A stretch of 57,699 bases of DNA from Clostridia bacterium (GCA_017439965.1 JAFSID010000076.1:1-57699); one strand, 5' to 3'; numbered from the stretch's first letter, positions 41,693-52,372 are shown. Translations and numbers: made by a program. Notes: generated by a model from the letters alone, not told the origin.

Positions 41693-44509
41693 TTATTTAT
41701 TCTTTTTCATTGTGACGTCGTTGGTGTTGATTGCAACGTTGGTATTTGCCGCAATGACTATATCCTCACCGTTGGAGAAAAGCGTCTTGAGGTCGTCAAG
41801 AGTAATTTCAACCTTGGGTCTGAAATCGGAGGAGGACATATAATCAACGAGGTTGCGTCTCCACCATCTTGCCATAATATCCTCACCGAAGGAGCTGAAG
41901 GTGGAAATAAGGAGTCTTCCCTTGCCTACCTTGAGCTCAATGAGAGCCGTCGTGCGTCTTACCCACTTATAGCTTGTCGCAACGTCGATAATAGGCTCAA
42001 ACTGAACCGTAGTCGTCGGCGGGAAGTAAATGGACCTTGAGTTGTTCATAAGGTCTCTGAACTGCCACGAGCAGAAGCCGTCGTGGTCAAGGGTATTTAC
42101 GAGAGGGTGATTCTCAATAACGGTTGCAAGATTACCCGCAACTCGTCCGGGGAAGGCTATCTGGAAGCTCAGCTCACTGTCATAGAAGCCCTTTGTACCG
42201 TACATAAGCACGTCCTCACCGTTTACAAGTCTTTCGAGAATTTCATCGGTAAGCTCGTCTGTTACTATGAAATCGGGCACACGCTCCTCAACCTCGGGAA
42301 TAACCCATATTTCCCAGGTATTGTTGATTGAGAAGGAGTCCTTTTCAAGAGCTGCGTTAATTTCAACCTTGGTGGGACGGGAAACCTTGGGGAGTGCAGT
42401 CTTGAGAGTGGCAATATCGGTGACCTCGCCGTTTTTAGCCGATACGTTAAAGGCGTATTCCTCAAGGAAGGAATTATCGGCACTGTTAAGCTTCACTGAA
42501 AGAGTTGCATCCTCAAGGTCCTCTCCTGCGTAATGAGATACAGAAAAATCAATCTGAAAATCAGTTTCCTCAAGGAAGGTTCTTCTCGCATTAAGGCTTG
42601 AAAGAATAACGCTTGCGTTGTTATACTGAAGAACGTTTTCAACGGTTACACCCGGCTTAAGCTCGTAAAACTCGTTCATAAGTCCTACGCGGTATCCCGA
42701 GGTATGCCAATGATGGTCGATATCTCCGAGAAAATCGTAGCCCGATATAGTTTTTGAATGACGGGTAAGCTCGAAGGTATGCTTACGGAGAAGCGATTGC
42801 CAAAGGGATGAATTTTTATAATAGGTTGCAGCCTTGTTAACGAGTCCCAATTCCTCGAGCATTCTTCTCGGACCTGCGAAAAGCTGAGTCTTACCTATTC
42901 TCGACCCCTCATATCGCTTCTCAAGAGTGATATCGGGATATGTACCGAGAATACAAATTTCGTGAGAAATACGTGGCTTCCTATAAAATTTCTGAACCTC
43001 GTCAACCGCCTCGGCAGAGCCGTACTGACAGTTATAGCTATGATGTGATTGAGTAAAACATGAGAAGAGGTCGCAGAATTCACGAAGCTTTTCCATTCTT
43101 TCGGGATTATACTTGAAGGGGTATCCGTTTGCCTCAGCGTGATACTCAAGCTTTGGCTCGACGTATTCGTCTCCCTCGCGGAAGAGATATTCAACGCCTC
43201 TGATAGCGTTTAACGGAGAGAAACTAACTCCGCGCGCTACGGTATGAGTAATCTCCGCACAACGTCTGTATCTTTCGATATTATCCTCGTTAATGAACAT
43301 CTCATTACCCATACAGCAGATTACAACCGACGGATGACGTCTTACGAAGCGCATAATATTTTCCCATTCCGCAACCGTCGTATTGTTGGGGCTTTCGACG
43401 TGAAGGAGCATACCCATTTCGTCGGCGGCGTTCATATATTCCTCGGTGGGAATCCAGGTATGGAAGCGGATAAAGTTAAAGCCGAGAGCTTTAAGCTTCT
43501 TGATATTCTTCTTATAATACTCAACGTCGGTCGTGGGATGAACGGTGAGCGGAAAATATCCGTGCTCGCAGATACCTCTGAGGTAGACGGGCTTTGAGTT
43601 GAGATAGAATTTTTCATCACGGCACTCAAAATTACGGATACCGAAATTAACCTTATAGGTCTCGCAAACTCTGTTCTCACAGCAAACGGTCATCCAAAGC
43701 TCGTAAATCTGAGGATTTTCGGGTGACCAGAAGCTCATACGTTTAACCTTGGGAATCCTGAACTCGTTAGTATCGCTTGAGCCACAGCTAACGTAGTTCA
43801 AGCCACCGTTAAATACCTGCCACTTGATTTTATAATCACCGTGTGCAACGACCTCAGCCACTACTCCGACTGAATCGGTTTCAGCATCGTACGGAGTAAC
43901 GTATGCCGAGCGGATAAAGTTTCTGTCCTTTATCTCGACGGTGATATCTCCCATAATACCGCCTGTATAACGGTTTGCGGCACGCGAAGTACATCCGCTT
44001 ATGAAATCACCGCACTCGTTGAGCGCCTGATGGTTGGATACGGCGAGGGTGAGAGTATTGCTCTCCCCTGCCTTAACATAGGCTGTAATATCCATTTCAA
44101 AGGGAGCGCTGTATCCGCAATGCTCCTGAACGAATACTCCGTTTACCCAAAGGAGTGCTCTGTTCTGTACGCCAACGCACTTGAGGGTGACGTTTTTGTC
44201 ACCGAGGTCGGCGGGAATATCTATTACTCTGTTATACCAAAACGTACCTACGACCGTCTCAAGAGACATATCGGGAACGCTCTTTTCCATAGGAATGATA
44301 ATTGGATATTCAAGGTATTCATATTCGGGGTTTATCTGAATATCCTTGAAAAACGGTGCATCCGAGAGGGATTCGTACATATCCTCCCAATAGCCGGGAA
44401 CTGCGTCCGTTTCATATGCTCCCGTAAAATCGGGAAGCGTGTCGGTAGACTCGGGACGCTCGGTGGAATAAACAAGCGACCATTTGCCCGAAAGATTCAG
44501 CTCTGTCAT
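41693..44509 (-). CDS. glycoside hydrolase family 2-like protein
   Basis: 938 aa. N-terminal sugar-binding-like region, TIM-barrel region NFIRFHTWIP...VICCMGNEM (N-E acid/base context). Confidence 0.65.
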   Translation of the reverse strand: MTELNLSGKWSLVYSTERPESTDTLPDFTGAYETDAVPGYWEDMYESLSDAPFFKDIQINPEYEYLEYPIIIPMEKSVPDMSLETVVGTFWYNRVIDIPADLGDKNVTLKCVGVQNRALLWVNGVFVQEHCGYSAPFEMDITAYVKAGESNTLTLAVSNHQALNECGDFISGCTSRAANRYTGGIMGDITVEIKDRNFIRSAYVTPYDAETDSVGVVAEVVAHGDYKIKWQVFNGGLNYVSCGSSDTNEFRIPKVKRMSFWSPENPQIYELWMTVCCENRVCETYKVNFGIRNFECRDEKFYLNSKPVYLRGICEHGYFPLTVHPTTDVEYYKKNIKKLKALGFNFIRFHTWIPTEEYMNAADEMGMLLHVESPNNTTVAEWENIMRFVRRHPSVVICCMGNEMFINEDNIERYRRCAEITHTVARGVSFSPLNAIRGVEYLFREGDEYVEPKLEYHAEANGYPFKYNPERMEKLREFCDLFSCFTQSHHSYNCQYGSAEAVDEVQKFYRKPRISHEICILGTYPDITLEKRYEGSRIGKTQLFAGPRRMLEELGLVNKAATYYKNSSLWQSLLRKHTFELTRHSKTISGYDFLGDIDHHWHTSGYRVGLMNEFYELKPGVTVENVLQYNNASVILSSLNARRTFLEETDFQIDFSVSHYAGEDLEDATLSVKLNSADNSFLEEYAFNVSAKNGEVTDIATLKTALPKVSRPTKVEINAALEKDSFSINNTWEIWVIPEVEERVPDFIVTDELTDEILERLVNGEDVLMYGTKGFYDSELSFQIAFPGRVAGNLATVIENHPLVNTLDHDGFCSWQFRDLMNNSRSIYFPPTTTVQFEPIIDVATSYKWVRRTTALIELKVGKGRLLISTFSSFGEDIMARWWRRNLVDYMSSSDFRPKVEITLDDLKTLFSNGEDIVIAANTNVAINTNDVTMKKNK

Positions 44510-44512
44510 TTT

Positions 44513-44806
44513 TTATACCTCAAAATCAATGCATGCACGGGACTCGGTGTAGGGACGGACGAGAGTGTCCGCTACCTTTACGTGCTCGGGATGTATAGCA
44601 TAGCTCTTGAGAGCCTCTTCGCTTTCAAGAACGGAATAAAGCATAATGTCAACGTTGGAGGAATCAAGGCGTTCAATCTGTACGCTTGCCTCTATGAGAC
44701 CGGGGACAACTCCAACGAGTCCCTCGATACCCTTTTTGATGCCCTCTTTAACCTCTGCGGTATTGTACTCGGGCTTTAATTTCCAAAGAATAATGTGCTT
44801 AACCAT
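44513..44806 (-). CDS. Dabb (stress-responsive A/B barrel) family protein
   Basis: VKHIILWKLKPE...ALKSYAIHPEHVKV. Confidence 0.75.
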   Translation of the reverse strand: MVKHIILWKLKPEYNTAEVKEGIKKGIEGLVGVVPGLIEASVQIERLDSSNVDIMLYSVLESEEALKSYAIHPEHVKVADTLVRPYTESRACIDFEV

Positions 44807-44907
44807 AGTACGTTTCCCTTTCTTCACCGAATGGATTTTTACAGCTCAAGTATAACACAATTAAACACGGATAGCAAGTAAAAAAATAATAAAAAACGGA
44901 AAAATTA

Positions 44908-44936
44908 TTGATATTCGGGCGCACTTGTGTTAAAAT
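44908..44936 (+). promoter_or_regulatory. candidate sigma-A promoter
   Basis: TTGATA, 17-nt spacer ending in TGT, TAAAAT. Confidence 0.45.
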
Positions 44937-44966
44937 AAACAAAACGGTATAAAGGAAGGGACAAAA

Positions 44967-45461
44967 TTGGTAGAACACATTGTGTACACCTCAAAAAGCG
45001 GTCACACGAAAAGGTACGCTGAAATGCTTTCCGAGGCTCTCGGCATCAAGGCTGTAACGCTTGACGAGGCTATGAAAACGCTTGAGCGTGACAGTGAGAT
45101 AATATATATGGGCTGGCTTTTTGCAAGCTCGGTCAAGGGCTACAAAAGGGCGTCGAAGAAATTCCGCGTAAATTCCGTTGTGGCAACGGGTCTTTGTCCT
45201 ACGGGAGAGTTGCTTGCCGAGGTAAGAAAAACAAGCTCCATTCCCGAAAGCACGGCACTCTTTACAGTGCAGGGCGGTATGGACAGAGAAAAGCTTCGGG
45301 GCGTTGATAAATTTATGATAAACGCACTTATCAAGCTGCTCGAAAAAAATAAAACACCGAGCGAAAAGGATACGGCAATGCTTTCGCTTATCAAAAAGGG
45401 CGGAGATTTCGTTTCATTTGAAAATCTCGATACCGTAATCAAGCATTTCAAGGAGAATTAA
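44967..45461 (+). CDS. flavodoxin-like domain protein
   Basis: TTG start. IVYTSKSGHTKRYAEML N-terminus typical of flavodoxin-fold proteins. Confidence 0.6.
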   Translation: MVEHIVYTSKSGHTKRYAEMLSEALGIKAVTLDEAMKTLERDSEIIYMGWLFASSVKGYKRASKKFRVNSVVATGLCPTGELLAEVRKTSSIPESTALFTVQGGMDREKLRGVDKFMINALIKLLEKNKTPSEKDTAMLSLIKKGGDFVSFENLDTVIKHFKEN

Positions 45462-45462
45462 G

Positions 45463-45870
45463 ATGGACAGAAAGAATATATTTCAGCTAATAAAGTTCAC
45501 GCTTTTTTCCGCTTCTGCGGGTATTATTCAGGTAGCCTCATTCGCTCTGTTCAACGAGGTATTTCACTTCAATTACTGGCTTGGGTACATAATTTCACTC
45601 GTTCTGTCAATCGTGTGGAATTTTACGCTCAACCGCCGTTATACCTTTAAGTCGGCGGCAAACGTCCCCGTTGCAATGACGAAGGTATTTTTGTTCTATC
45701 TCGTATTCACGCCCGTCTCAACCTATCTCGGAGACCTTGCCGAAAAGGGCGGTATAAACGACTATATTATTCTTGCGGTAACTATGCTTTCAAACTTTAT
45801 TCTTGAATTTCTGTTCTGCAAGCTCTTTGTATATAAAAATCAGGAAAACACGTTGGAGGAGAAAAAATGA
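45463..45870 (+). CDS. GtrA family membrane protein
   Basis: 4 TM helices with NFTLNRRYTFKS motif. Confidence 0.8.
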   Translation: MDRKNIFQLIKFTLFSASAGIIQVASFALFNEVFHFNYWLGYIISLVLSIVWNFTLNRRYTFKSAANVPVAMTKVFLFYLVFTPVSTYLGDLAEKGGINDYIILAVTMLSNFILEFLFCKLFVYKNQENTLEEKK

Positions 45871-46883
45871 CACGCGAATTTGGAACGCTTAACGGCAAAA
45901 CGGTAAATGCAATCACAATCAAAAACGAATTTATAGAGGCGGAAATACTCTCGTACGGTGCAACGCTTCGTTCACTCAAGGTTAAGGACAAAAACGGAAA
46001 CCCCGTTGACGTATGTCTCGGATACGATACGCTCGAGGAATACGTAAACAGCAACGGATATTTCGGCGCAACAGTCGGACGTGTGGCAAACCGCATCGGT
46101 GACGCACGCTTCACGCTTGACGGCGAGGAATACACCCTTGCACAGAATAACGGCAAAAATACACTTCACGGCGGTAAAATCGGCTTTGACAAGGCTATCT
46201 GGCATTACAGCGGAAGTGAGGACGAAACCTCGGTTATGCTCTTTTTGACCTCTCCCGACGGCGACGAGGGATTCCCTGGTAATTTGTACGTTGAGGTTAC
46301 TTATACCGTAAACGGTAATTCGCTTGAGATATCCTACAAGGCTACGACGGATAAAAGGACCCCCGTGAATCTGACAAACCACTCATATTTCAATCTCGGC
46401 GGTCACGCTTCAGGCGATATTTACGCTCATACACTTAAGCTTAATGCTCATTTGTTTACCGAGGTTGACGACGGTCTTATTCCGACGGGCAGACTTGCAA
46501 GCGTTGAGAGTACGGCGCTCGACTTCACGAAGGAGACTCTGCTCGGTGACCGTCTTAACTGTGAGGAGCTTTCCTCGACCAAGGGCGTTGACCATAACTT
46601 TGCGCTTGACAAGGGCTGGGATATTGCCGCAAGTCTTTACTGTGAAAAGACGGGAATACAGATGGATACCGTAACGACCCTTGAGGGTGTTCAGATATAT
46701 ACCGCAGGCGGTCTTGGAGACAGAAACGGCAAGGACGGTGCAAAATATTCACGTCATAATGGCATATGCCTTGAGACACAGCATTTTCCCGATTCAATCA
46801 ACAAGCCCGAATTTCCTTCCTGCGTGCTTGATGCAGGCAAGACCTGGGCACATACCACCGCTTATAAATTTTCCGTAAGATAA
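45867..46883 (+). CDS. galM: aldose 1-epimerase (galactose mutarotase)
   Basis: GATLRSL...GYFGATVGRVANRI...F.LDGEEY.L..NNG.N.LHGG...NLTNHSYFNL. Confidence 0.85.
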   Translation: MTREFGTLNGKTVNAITIKNEFIEAEILSYGATLRSLKVKDKNGNPVDVCLGYDTLEEYVNSNGYFGATVGRVANRIGDARFTLDGEEYTLAQNNGKNTLHGGKIGFDKAIWHYSGSEDETSVMLFLTSPDGDEGFPGNLYVEVTYTVNGNSLEISYKATTDKRTPVNLTNHSYFNLGGHASGDIYAHTLKLNAHLFTEVDDGLIPTGRLASVESTALDFTKETLLGDRLNCEELSSTKGVDHNFALDKGWDIAASLYCEKTGIQMDTVTTLEGVQIYTAGGLGDRNGKDGAKYSRHNGICLETQHFPDSINKPEFPSCVLDAGKTWAHTTAYKFSVR

Positions 46884-46888
46884 AGCAA

Positions 46889-46927
46889 AGGCTGAGCCGT
46901 TCACCTTTCGGTGATTTGACTCAGCCT
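46889..46927. terminator. bidirectional terminator
   Basis: AGGCTGAG pairs with CTCAGCCT, with an inner TCACC/GGTGA stem, followed by CTTTT. Confidence 0.6.
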
Positions 46928-46937
46928 CTTTTCAATC

Positions 46938-47963
46938 TCACTCTTTATGGGTTTTGGATATTAATATTTCTTTCGCCTTTTCAAAGCAAAGCTTCTCAAG
47001 GAATATAACGTATCCGCTGACCTTGTGAAGAGCAAGTGCGGAAATGATAATCAAAGCCGTGACTACGATCCAATTCAACGGGAAGAACAAGCCGAGGCTT
47101 CTTACGAAAATTATGATAGGGGTTTGTACGAGATAGATTTCAAGCGTAATTTTCGCTATAAACTCAATGACACGTTTAATAGGCTTCGGCAGAGCCTCAA
47201 GCCTTGAATCCATTGAAATAAACAGAGCGAAAACGAAGTAAAGAAGTAAAAGCAGGATAAGCTGATTGAGAATCTGAAGGCTTTGCAATTCGGCTACCGT
47301 TTCGTTTCTTGAGAAATAAAACTTGGTCACGAAATAAGCCCCGAAAAGCACCACCGATGCAAAGAGATTAACGTACCTGAATTTATTGATAAGCCTATCC
47401 TTAAGGCGACGGAAAAGAAGTCCCAAAAGCATTGCGTAGAAGAATAAAAATCTTATAAACGGCTCTCTTACAACGTCAATGTGATAATAGGATTTATCAT
47501 AAATAAAAACGTAAACGAGAACGCATACCACCGTCAAGACTGAAGCCAAGGTAAACAGTCCCTTTGGCTTCTTTATGTATTTTGCGACGAAGTAATATGG
47601 GATATAGAGAAGGATGATTGAGCCAACGAAATGAAATTCGGTGGGATAGATAAAATAGTGAAGAAAAACGTTATCAACGTCGAAATTATAATAAACGGAT
47701 ATAGGCTCATAAAACTGAGCGATTGCAAGAAAAATCACCGTAACGATTGCAACGGGGATATATATACGAATGACACGCTTTTTAAACCAAGGCAGGAATT
47801 TTTCCGTGACGTTGGCAAGACAAAAACCGCTTACCGCAAAGAAAATAACGTCACCGAGGAGTCCGCCGTTTGCAATAATATCAAGCGGATATATTCCCTT
47901 GTAATGAGAATTGGTAATAAGACAAGCCGCCAACGCTCTTAAAACCGTAATGAAATAAATCAC
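46938..47963 (-). CDS. acyltransferase family 3 membrane protein
   Basis: 341 aa, about 10 TM helices, N-terminus LRALAACLITNSHY... typical of the family. Confidence 0.7.
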   Translation of the reverse strand: MIYFITVLRALAACLITNSHYKGIYPLDIIANGGLLGDVIFFAVSGFCLANVTEKFLPWFKKRVIRIYIPVAIVTVIFLAIAQFYEPISVYYNFDVDNVFLHYFIYPTEFHFVGSIILLYIPYYFVAKYIKKPKGLFTLASVLTVVCVLVYVFIYDKSYYHIDVVREPFIRFLFFYAMLLGLLFRRLKDRLINKFRYVNLFASVVLFGAYFVTKFYFSRNETVAELQSLQILNQLILLLLLYFVFALFISMDSRLEALPKPIKRVIEFIAKITLEIYLVQTPIIIFVRSLGLFFPLNWIVVTALIIISALALHKVSGYVIFLEKLCFEKAKEILISKTHKE

Positions 47964-47979
47964 GAAAGCACCTCTTTCC

Positions 47980-48492
47980 TTATAGCTTTTTCCACTCGAA
48001 GCTACCGTTTTCGAGTATCATATATCCGTGGGGAGTATCCTCCTTCGGAATGGAAACAGAGCCAGGGTTCATATAAATATAGTCGCCGTGGTCAACGCAC
48101 CTTGAAACGTGGGTATGACCGTGAAGGAGCACCGTGCCCTTCTTCAAGGCGGGAAGCTTATCCTCGTTATAAACGTGACCGTGAGTGGCAAAGATAACCG
48201 TATCACCGTCGCATATCACCGTGTAATCGGCGAGAATCGGAAACTTAAGCACCATCTGGTCAACCTCGCTGTCACAGTTTCCTCGGACGGCAAATATAAT
48301 ATCCTTATAGGAGTTAAGCAATTCGATAACAGCCCTCGGGTTATAATCGCGGGGAAGGTCGTTTCTCGGTCCGTGATAAAGAAGGTCTCCAAGCAGGAGT
48401 ATTCTGTCGGCTTTTTCATTTTCGAAAGCCTCAAGCATACGTCGGCACCAAAACTCCGAGCCGTGAATATCGGAGGCAATAAACCATTTCAT
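47980..48492 (-). CDS. yfcE: YfcE-type metallophosphoesterase
   Basis: SDIHGS, LLGDLLYHGPRN, RGNCD, THGH, HGHTH motifs. Confidence 0.8.
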   Translation of the reverse strand: MKWFIASDIHGSEFWCRRMLEAFENEKADRILLLGDLLYHGPRNDLPRDYNPRAVIELLNSYKDIIFAVRGNCDSEVDQMVLKFPILADYTVICDGDTVIFATHGHVYNEDKLPALKKGTVLLHGHTHVSRCVDHGDYIYMNPGSVSIPKEDTPHGYMILENGSFEWKKL

Positions 48493-48620
48493 AAAAGTCA
48501 CTCCCTTATAATTTTAATTCATTATAGCACAGAGTTTTATTTTTGTCTACAAAAAGGCTTGACATAATTCATCAATTGTTATAAAATTTATAAGATAGAT
48601 TTTTTAATTAAGAGGTCACA

Positions 48621-49544
48621 ATGGTACTTAACAATATTCTTGAGGCGATGGGTAATACACCGCTTATCAGACTTAACAATATGGTGGACGAAAACAGCGC
48701 GGAAATACTCGTTAAATTTGAGGGGCTCAACGTGGGTGGCTCAATCAAGACGAGGACCGCGTACAATATGATACGCGCTGCCGAGGAGTCGGGACTTATC
48801 GACAAGGACTCGATAATCGTTGAGCCCACAAGCGGTAATCAGGGAATCGGTCTTGCGCTCGTCGGTGCCGTTAAGGGCTACAAGACCATTATCATTATGC
48901 CCGATTCGGTAAGCGAGGAAAGGCGCAAGCTCGTTGAACATTACGGCGCTGAGGTAATACTCATTCACGATGCGGGTAACATCGGTGCCTGCATTGAGGA
49001 GTGTCTTAATACGGCGCTTCGTATGAGGGAGGAAAATCCCAAGGTATTCGTGCCTCAGCAGTTTGAAAATCCCGCAAATCCCGAGGTACAGAGAAGCGTT
49101 ACGGGAGTTGAAATTCTCGAGGCTGTAAACGGTCCAATTCACGGCTTTTGCTCGGGAATAGGCACGGGCGGTACTATTACGGGCATCGGTGAGGCGCTCC
49201 GAGAAAAGAATCCCGATATTGAGATATGGGCAGTAGAGCCCGAGCACGCGGCTATCCTTTCGGGTGGCTCAATAGGTACTCACTTGCAGATGGGAATCGG
49301 AGACGGACTCATTCCCGATATACTTAACTGTGAGATTTACAACGACATATGCATCATCAAGGATGACGAGGCAATCAAAACCGCAAAGGACCTTGCACGC
49401 CTTGAGGGAATTATGTGCGGTATATCAAGCGGTACAAACGTGGCGGCGGCAATCAAGCTTGCACGCAAGCTCGGTCGAGGCAAAACGGTGGTAACCGTCC
49501 TTCCCGACACCGCAGAACGTTATTTTTCTACACCGTTATTCTAA
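48621..49544 (+). CDS. cysK: cysteine synthase A / O-acetylserine sulfhydrylase family
   Basis: GNTPLIRL...GGSIKTR...EPTSGNQGIGLA...GIGTGGTITG. Confidence 0.8.
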   Translation: MVLNNILEAMGNTPLIRLNNMVDENSAEILVKFEGLNVGGSIKTRTAYNMIRAAEESGLIDKDSIIVEPTSGNQGIGLALVGAVKGYKTIIIMPDSVSEERRKLVEHYGAEVILIHDAGNIGACIEECLNTALRMREENPKVFVPQQFENPANPEVQRSVTGVEILEAVNGPIHGFCSGIGTGGTITGIGEALREKNPDIEIWAVEPEHAAILSGGSIGTHLQMGIGDGLIPDILNCEIYNDICIIKDDEAIKTAKDLARLEGIMCGISSGTNVAAAIKLARKLGRGKTVVTVLPDTAERYFSTPLF

Positions 49545-49551
49545 AAAATCA

Positions 49552-49591
49552 GGCATTTTCTTGTAAATTTATGAGAAAATGCCGTTTTTTT
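49552..49591 (+). terminator. intrinsic terminator after cysK
   Basis: GGCATTTTC pairs with GAAAATGCC, followed by T7. Confidence 0.7.
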
Positions 49592-49602
49592 ATACAATAG
49601 TG

Positions 49603-49631
49603 TTGCAATTTATTCACCTATGTGTTATAAT
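49603..49631 (+). promoter_or_regulatory. sigma-A promoter for putP
   Basis: TTGCAA, 17-nt spacer ending in TGT, TATAAT. Confidence 0.55.
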
Positions 49632-49669
49632 TTGTATACATTTATACAATTTGGAATTGGAGTAAAAAA

Positions 49670-51139
49670 ATGAATGCAGAAGTTTTAATGTTTATCGTAT
49701 ACCTTGTATTTATGCTCGGTATAGGCGTATGGTTCTTCTTTAAAAACAAAAACGGCGGCGAAAAGACATACTTCCTCGGAGGAAGACAGATGGGTCCTTG
49801 GGTCTCCGCCCTTTCGGCAGGCGCATCTGATATGAGCGCATGGGTCCTTATGGGTCTCCCTGGTGCTATATTCGCATTTGGTCTCGGTGAGGTTTGGATT
49901 GCTATCGGTCTTGGAATCGGATATACACTCAGCTGGCTTTATCAGGCTCCCCGACTCAGAAGGTTTTCAATAGTCGCAAACGACTCTATCACTATTCCTC
50001 AGTATCTTACAAACCGTTTTCTTTCAAAATCACGTGCGCTTCAGCTTATCTGTGCGATAGTATTCCTCGTAGCGTATACCATCTACGCAGCATCAAGCAT
50101 CAAAGCTTGCGGAACACTTTTCAGCACCGTAATCCCCGCACTTAACGAAACAACCGCAATGTATATTGCCGCACTTATTATAATTGCTTACACCTTCCTC
50201 GGCGGATTTTCCGCAGTGTGCTGGACTGACTTTTTCCAGGGTCTTCTCATACTCGGTGCAATGCTTATCGCGCCCATATTCGTTCTCTTTATGGGTGAAA
50301 CGATTTCCTTTACAAACATTTCCAACGACGTTCCGGGATTTTGGGATGCTTTCTCAAATTGGAAATCAATCGTTTCGGGTCTTGCCTGGGGTCTCGGTTA
50401 CTTCGGTATGCCTCACATCATCATCAGATTTATGTCGCTCCGTAGCCAAAAGGAGCTTCGCAAGAGTGCGAAAATCGGAATCTCCTGGACGGTTATCATT
50501 CTCCTCTTTGCTGCTATAATCGGTATCGTTGGACGTGCCGTGCCTGACGTTTCAAGCTCTATCACCACCAACAATGAGCTTATATTCATCAATATGGTAC
50601 GTAGATACTTCCCTGCTATACTTTCAGGTGTTCTTCTTTCCGCCGTTCTCGCGGCCTCTATGAGCACCGCAGACAGCCAGCTTCTTGCTGCATCAAGTGC
50701 CTTTGCAAGTGACGTTTACAAGCCTATTTTCCGTAAGGATAAGGCTTCTGACCGCGAAATGCTTTGGGCAGGCAGAATCGTTGTTTTGATAATTTCCGTA
50801 ATTGCAGTTCTTATTGCCGCAAATCCCAACGCCGCTTCCATTATGGGACTTGTATCGAACGCTTGGGGCGTATTCGGTGCAGCTTTCGGTCCTACAATTC
50901 TCCTCTCGCTCTTCTGGAAGAGATTCAACTTTGCAGGTGCAATCGCAGGTATTATAACGGGTGCATTGGTTGATATTCTTTGGCTCTCGTTCCTCTCAGG
51001 CACGGGAATCTATGAAATCCTCCCCGGATTCATTGTCAGCCTCATTGTTGCAATTGTTGTAACCCTCGTTACCGACAAGCCCTCGGATGAGGTTGAACAG
51101 CTCTTTGATAAGGCAACCTCCCCTGAAATTGAAAACTAA
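49670..51139 (+). CDS. putP: sodium:proline symporter (SSS family)
   Basis: 489 aa, about 13 TM helices. ...YFLGGRQMGPWVSALSAGASDMSAWVLMGLPG typical of PutP. Confidence 0.8.
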   Translation: MNAEVLMFIVYLVFMLGIGVWFFFKNKNGGEKTYFLGGRQMGPWVSALSAGASDMSAWVLMGLPGAIFAFGLGEVWIAIGLGIGYTLSWLYQAPRLRRFSIVANDSITIPQYLTNRFLSKSRALQLICAIVFLVAYTIYAASSIKACGTLFSTVIPALNETTAMYIAALIIIAYTFLGGFSAVCWTDFFQGLLILGAMLIAPIFVLFMGETISFTNISNDVPGFWDAFSNWKSIVSGLAWGLGYFGMPHIIIRFMSLRSQKELRKSAKIGISWTVIILLFAAIIGIVGRAVPDVSSSITTNNELIFINMVRRYFPAILSGVLLSAVLAASMSTADSQLLAASSAFASDVYKPIFRKDKASDREMLWAGRIVVLIISVIAVLIAANPNAASIMGLVSNAWGVFGAAFGPTILLSLFWKRFNFAGAIAGIITGALVDILWLSFLSGTGIYEILPGFIVSLIVAIVVTLVTDKPSDEVEQLFDKATSPEIEN

Positions 51140-51144
51140 AAAGC

Positions 51145-51179
51145 AAGGTGCCGTACAAAAGTACGGCACCTTATTTTTT
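51145..51179. terminator. bidirectional terminator
   Basis: AAGGTGCCGTAC-AAAA-GTACGGCACCTT followed by T6. Confidence 0.75.
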
Positions 51180-51248
51180 CACATACTAAGTAATTGCGTT
51201 TAATACGAGTTCGCCTTTTAAACTTGTCATAGACTATGCGAGCCTTTT

Positions 51249-52268
51249 TTATGGCTTACAGCCTCCGCAGGAGGTATACCCGTCGGAAATCAAGTCCTCT
51301 CTTTTCCCAACGTAATACTCGCGGTTATATTCGCTCATAGCCTCCACTCCGTCGCAATCGGGATAGTGAAAAACCTTAGAGCGTCGGTTTAATACGTAAT
51401 CACATTTTATGATATTATCGGCAACGGGCTTATTTTTACCAAGCTCAAATTCAACGCTCTCGCCGTTGCTTCGGCAAATAATATCTCCCTGCTCATCGGT
51501 GCGATAGACGGTAACGTTAGCATCCCTCAGTCTGCTCAAGGTCTCGGAATGAGGATGACCGTAGGGGTTATCGTCGCCTACCGATATCACGGCGTAATCG
51601 GGATTGACCTCCTTCAAAAAACGGTAGGTAGTAGAGTCCGAGCTACCGTGATGACCTACCTTTAAAACGGTGCTTTTAAGTCTTGCACCGCTGTCAAGAA
51701 GTACCGTCTCGGCATCTCTTTCCGCATCGGCTGTAAACATAAACGAAACGTCTCCGTGAGTTATTCTCAAGACGATAGAGCTATTATTCTCACCCTCGGC
51801 GGAATTGACTCCGATTATCTCAACGCTTGCATCCCCGAGTGAAAAGGAGTCTCCCACCTCTGCAACGGTAAGCTCAACTCCCTTCTCATCAACCTGCTCC
51901 GCAAAAATCCGAAAGACCTCCGCATAATGCTCGGCAACGGGAGAATAAACTGTGCCGACGTCAGCATACCTCAAGGCACCCGACAGTCCGCCTATATGGT
52001 CCTCGTGCGGATGAGTGGCAATCATATAATCAATGAAATCAACCGAATGGCTTTTGAGATAAGAATAAATAAGGTTTGAGTCATCAACGTTTCCGCCGTC
52101 AATAAGCATCGTCTTATCACCGCATAAAACGAGCGCGGCATCAGCCTGACCGACGTCAAGGTAATGCACCTCGAGTGTATCAAGAGGAGTCTCCTCCTTA
52201 CAGCTGACGAGTACCGACGCAAATATTATCAAACAAATTATCAGTAAAGACTTAAAATATCTCTTCAT
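51249..52268 (-). CDS. MBL-fold metallo-hydrolase lipoprotein (ComEC C-terminal-domain-like) with a Cys-rich tail
   Basis: Lipobox LVSC. HYLDVGQADA...ATHPHEDHIGG...GHHGS. Tail FHYPDCDGV...YTSCGGCKP. Confidence 0.75.
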   Translation of the reverse strand: MKRYFKSLLIICLIIFASVLVSCKEETPLDTLEVHYLDVGQADAALVLCGDKTMLIDGGNVDDSNLIYSYLKSHSVDFIDYMIATHPHEDHIGGLSGALRYADVGTVYSPVAEHYAEVFRIFAEQVDEKGVELTVAEVGDSFSLGDASVEIIGVNSAEGENNSSIVLRITHGDVSFMFTADAERDAETVLLDSGARLKSTVLKVGHHGSSDSTTYRFLKEVNPDYAVISVGDDNPYGHPHSETLSRLRDANVTVYRTDEQGDIICRSNGESVEFELGKNKPVADNIIKCDYVLNRRSKVFHYPDCDGVEAMSEYNREYYVGKREDLISDGYTSCGGCKP

Positions 52269-52343
52269 AGCATCCTCCTTTTAGTTGATTTTAACACATA
52301 AAGCACACACTTTCAAGTATATTGTAAAATTTACATTCAATTA

Positions 52344-52372
52344 TTGATTTTAAAGCAAAAATGTTATATAAT
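52344..52372 (+). promoter_or_regulatory. sigma-A promoter for ktrBA
   Basis: TTGATT, 17-nt spacer, TATAAT. Confidence 0.55.
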
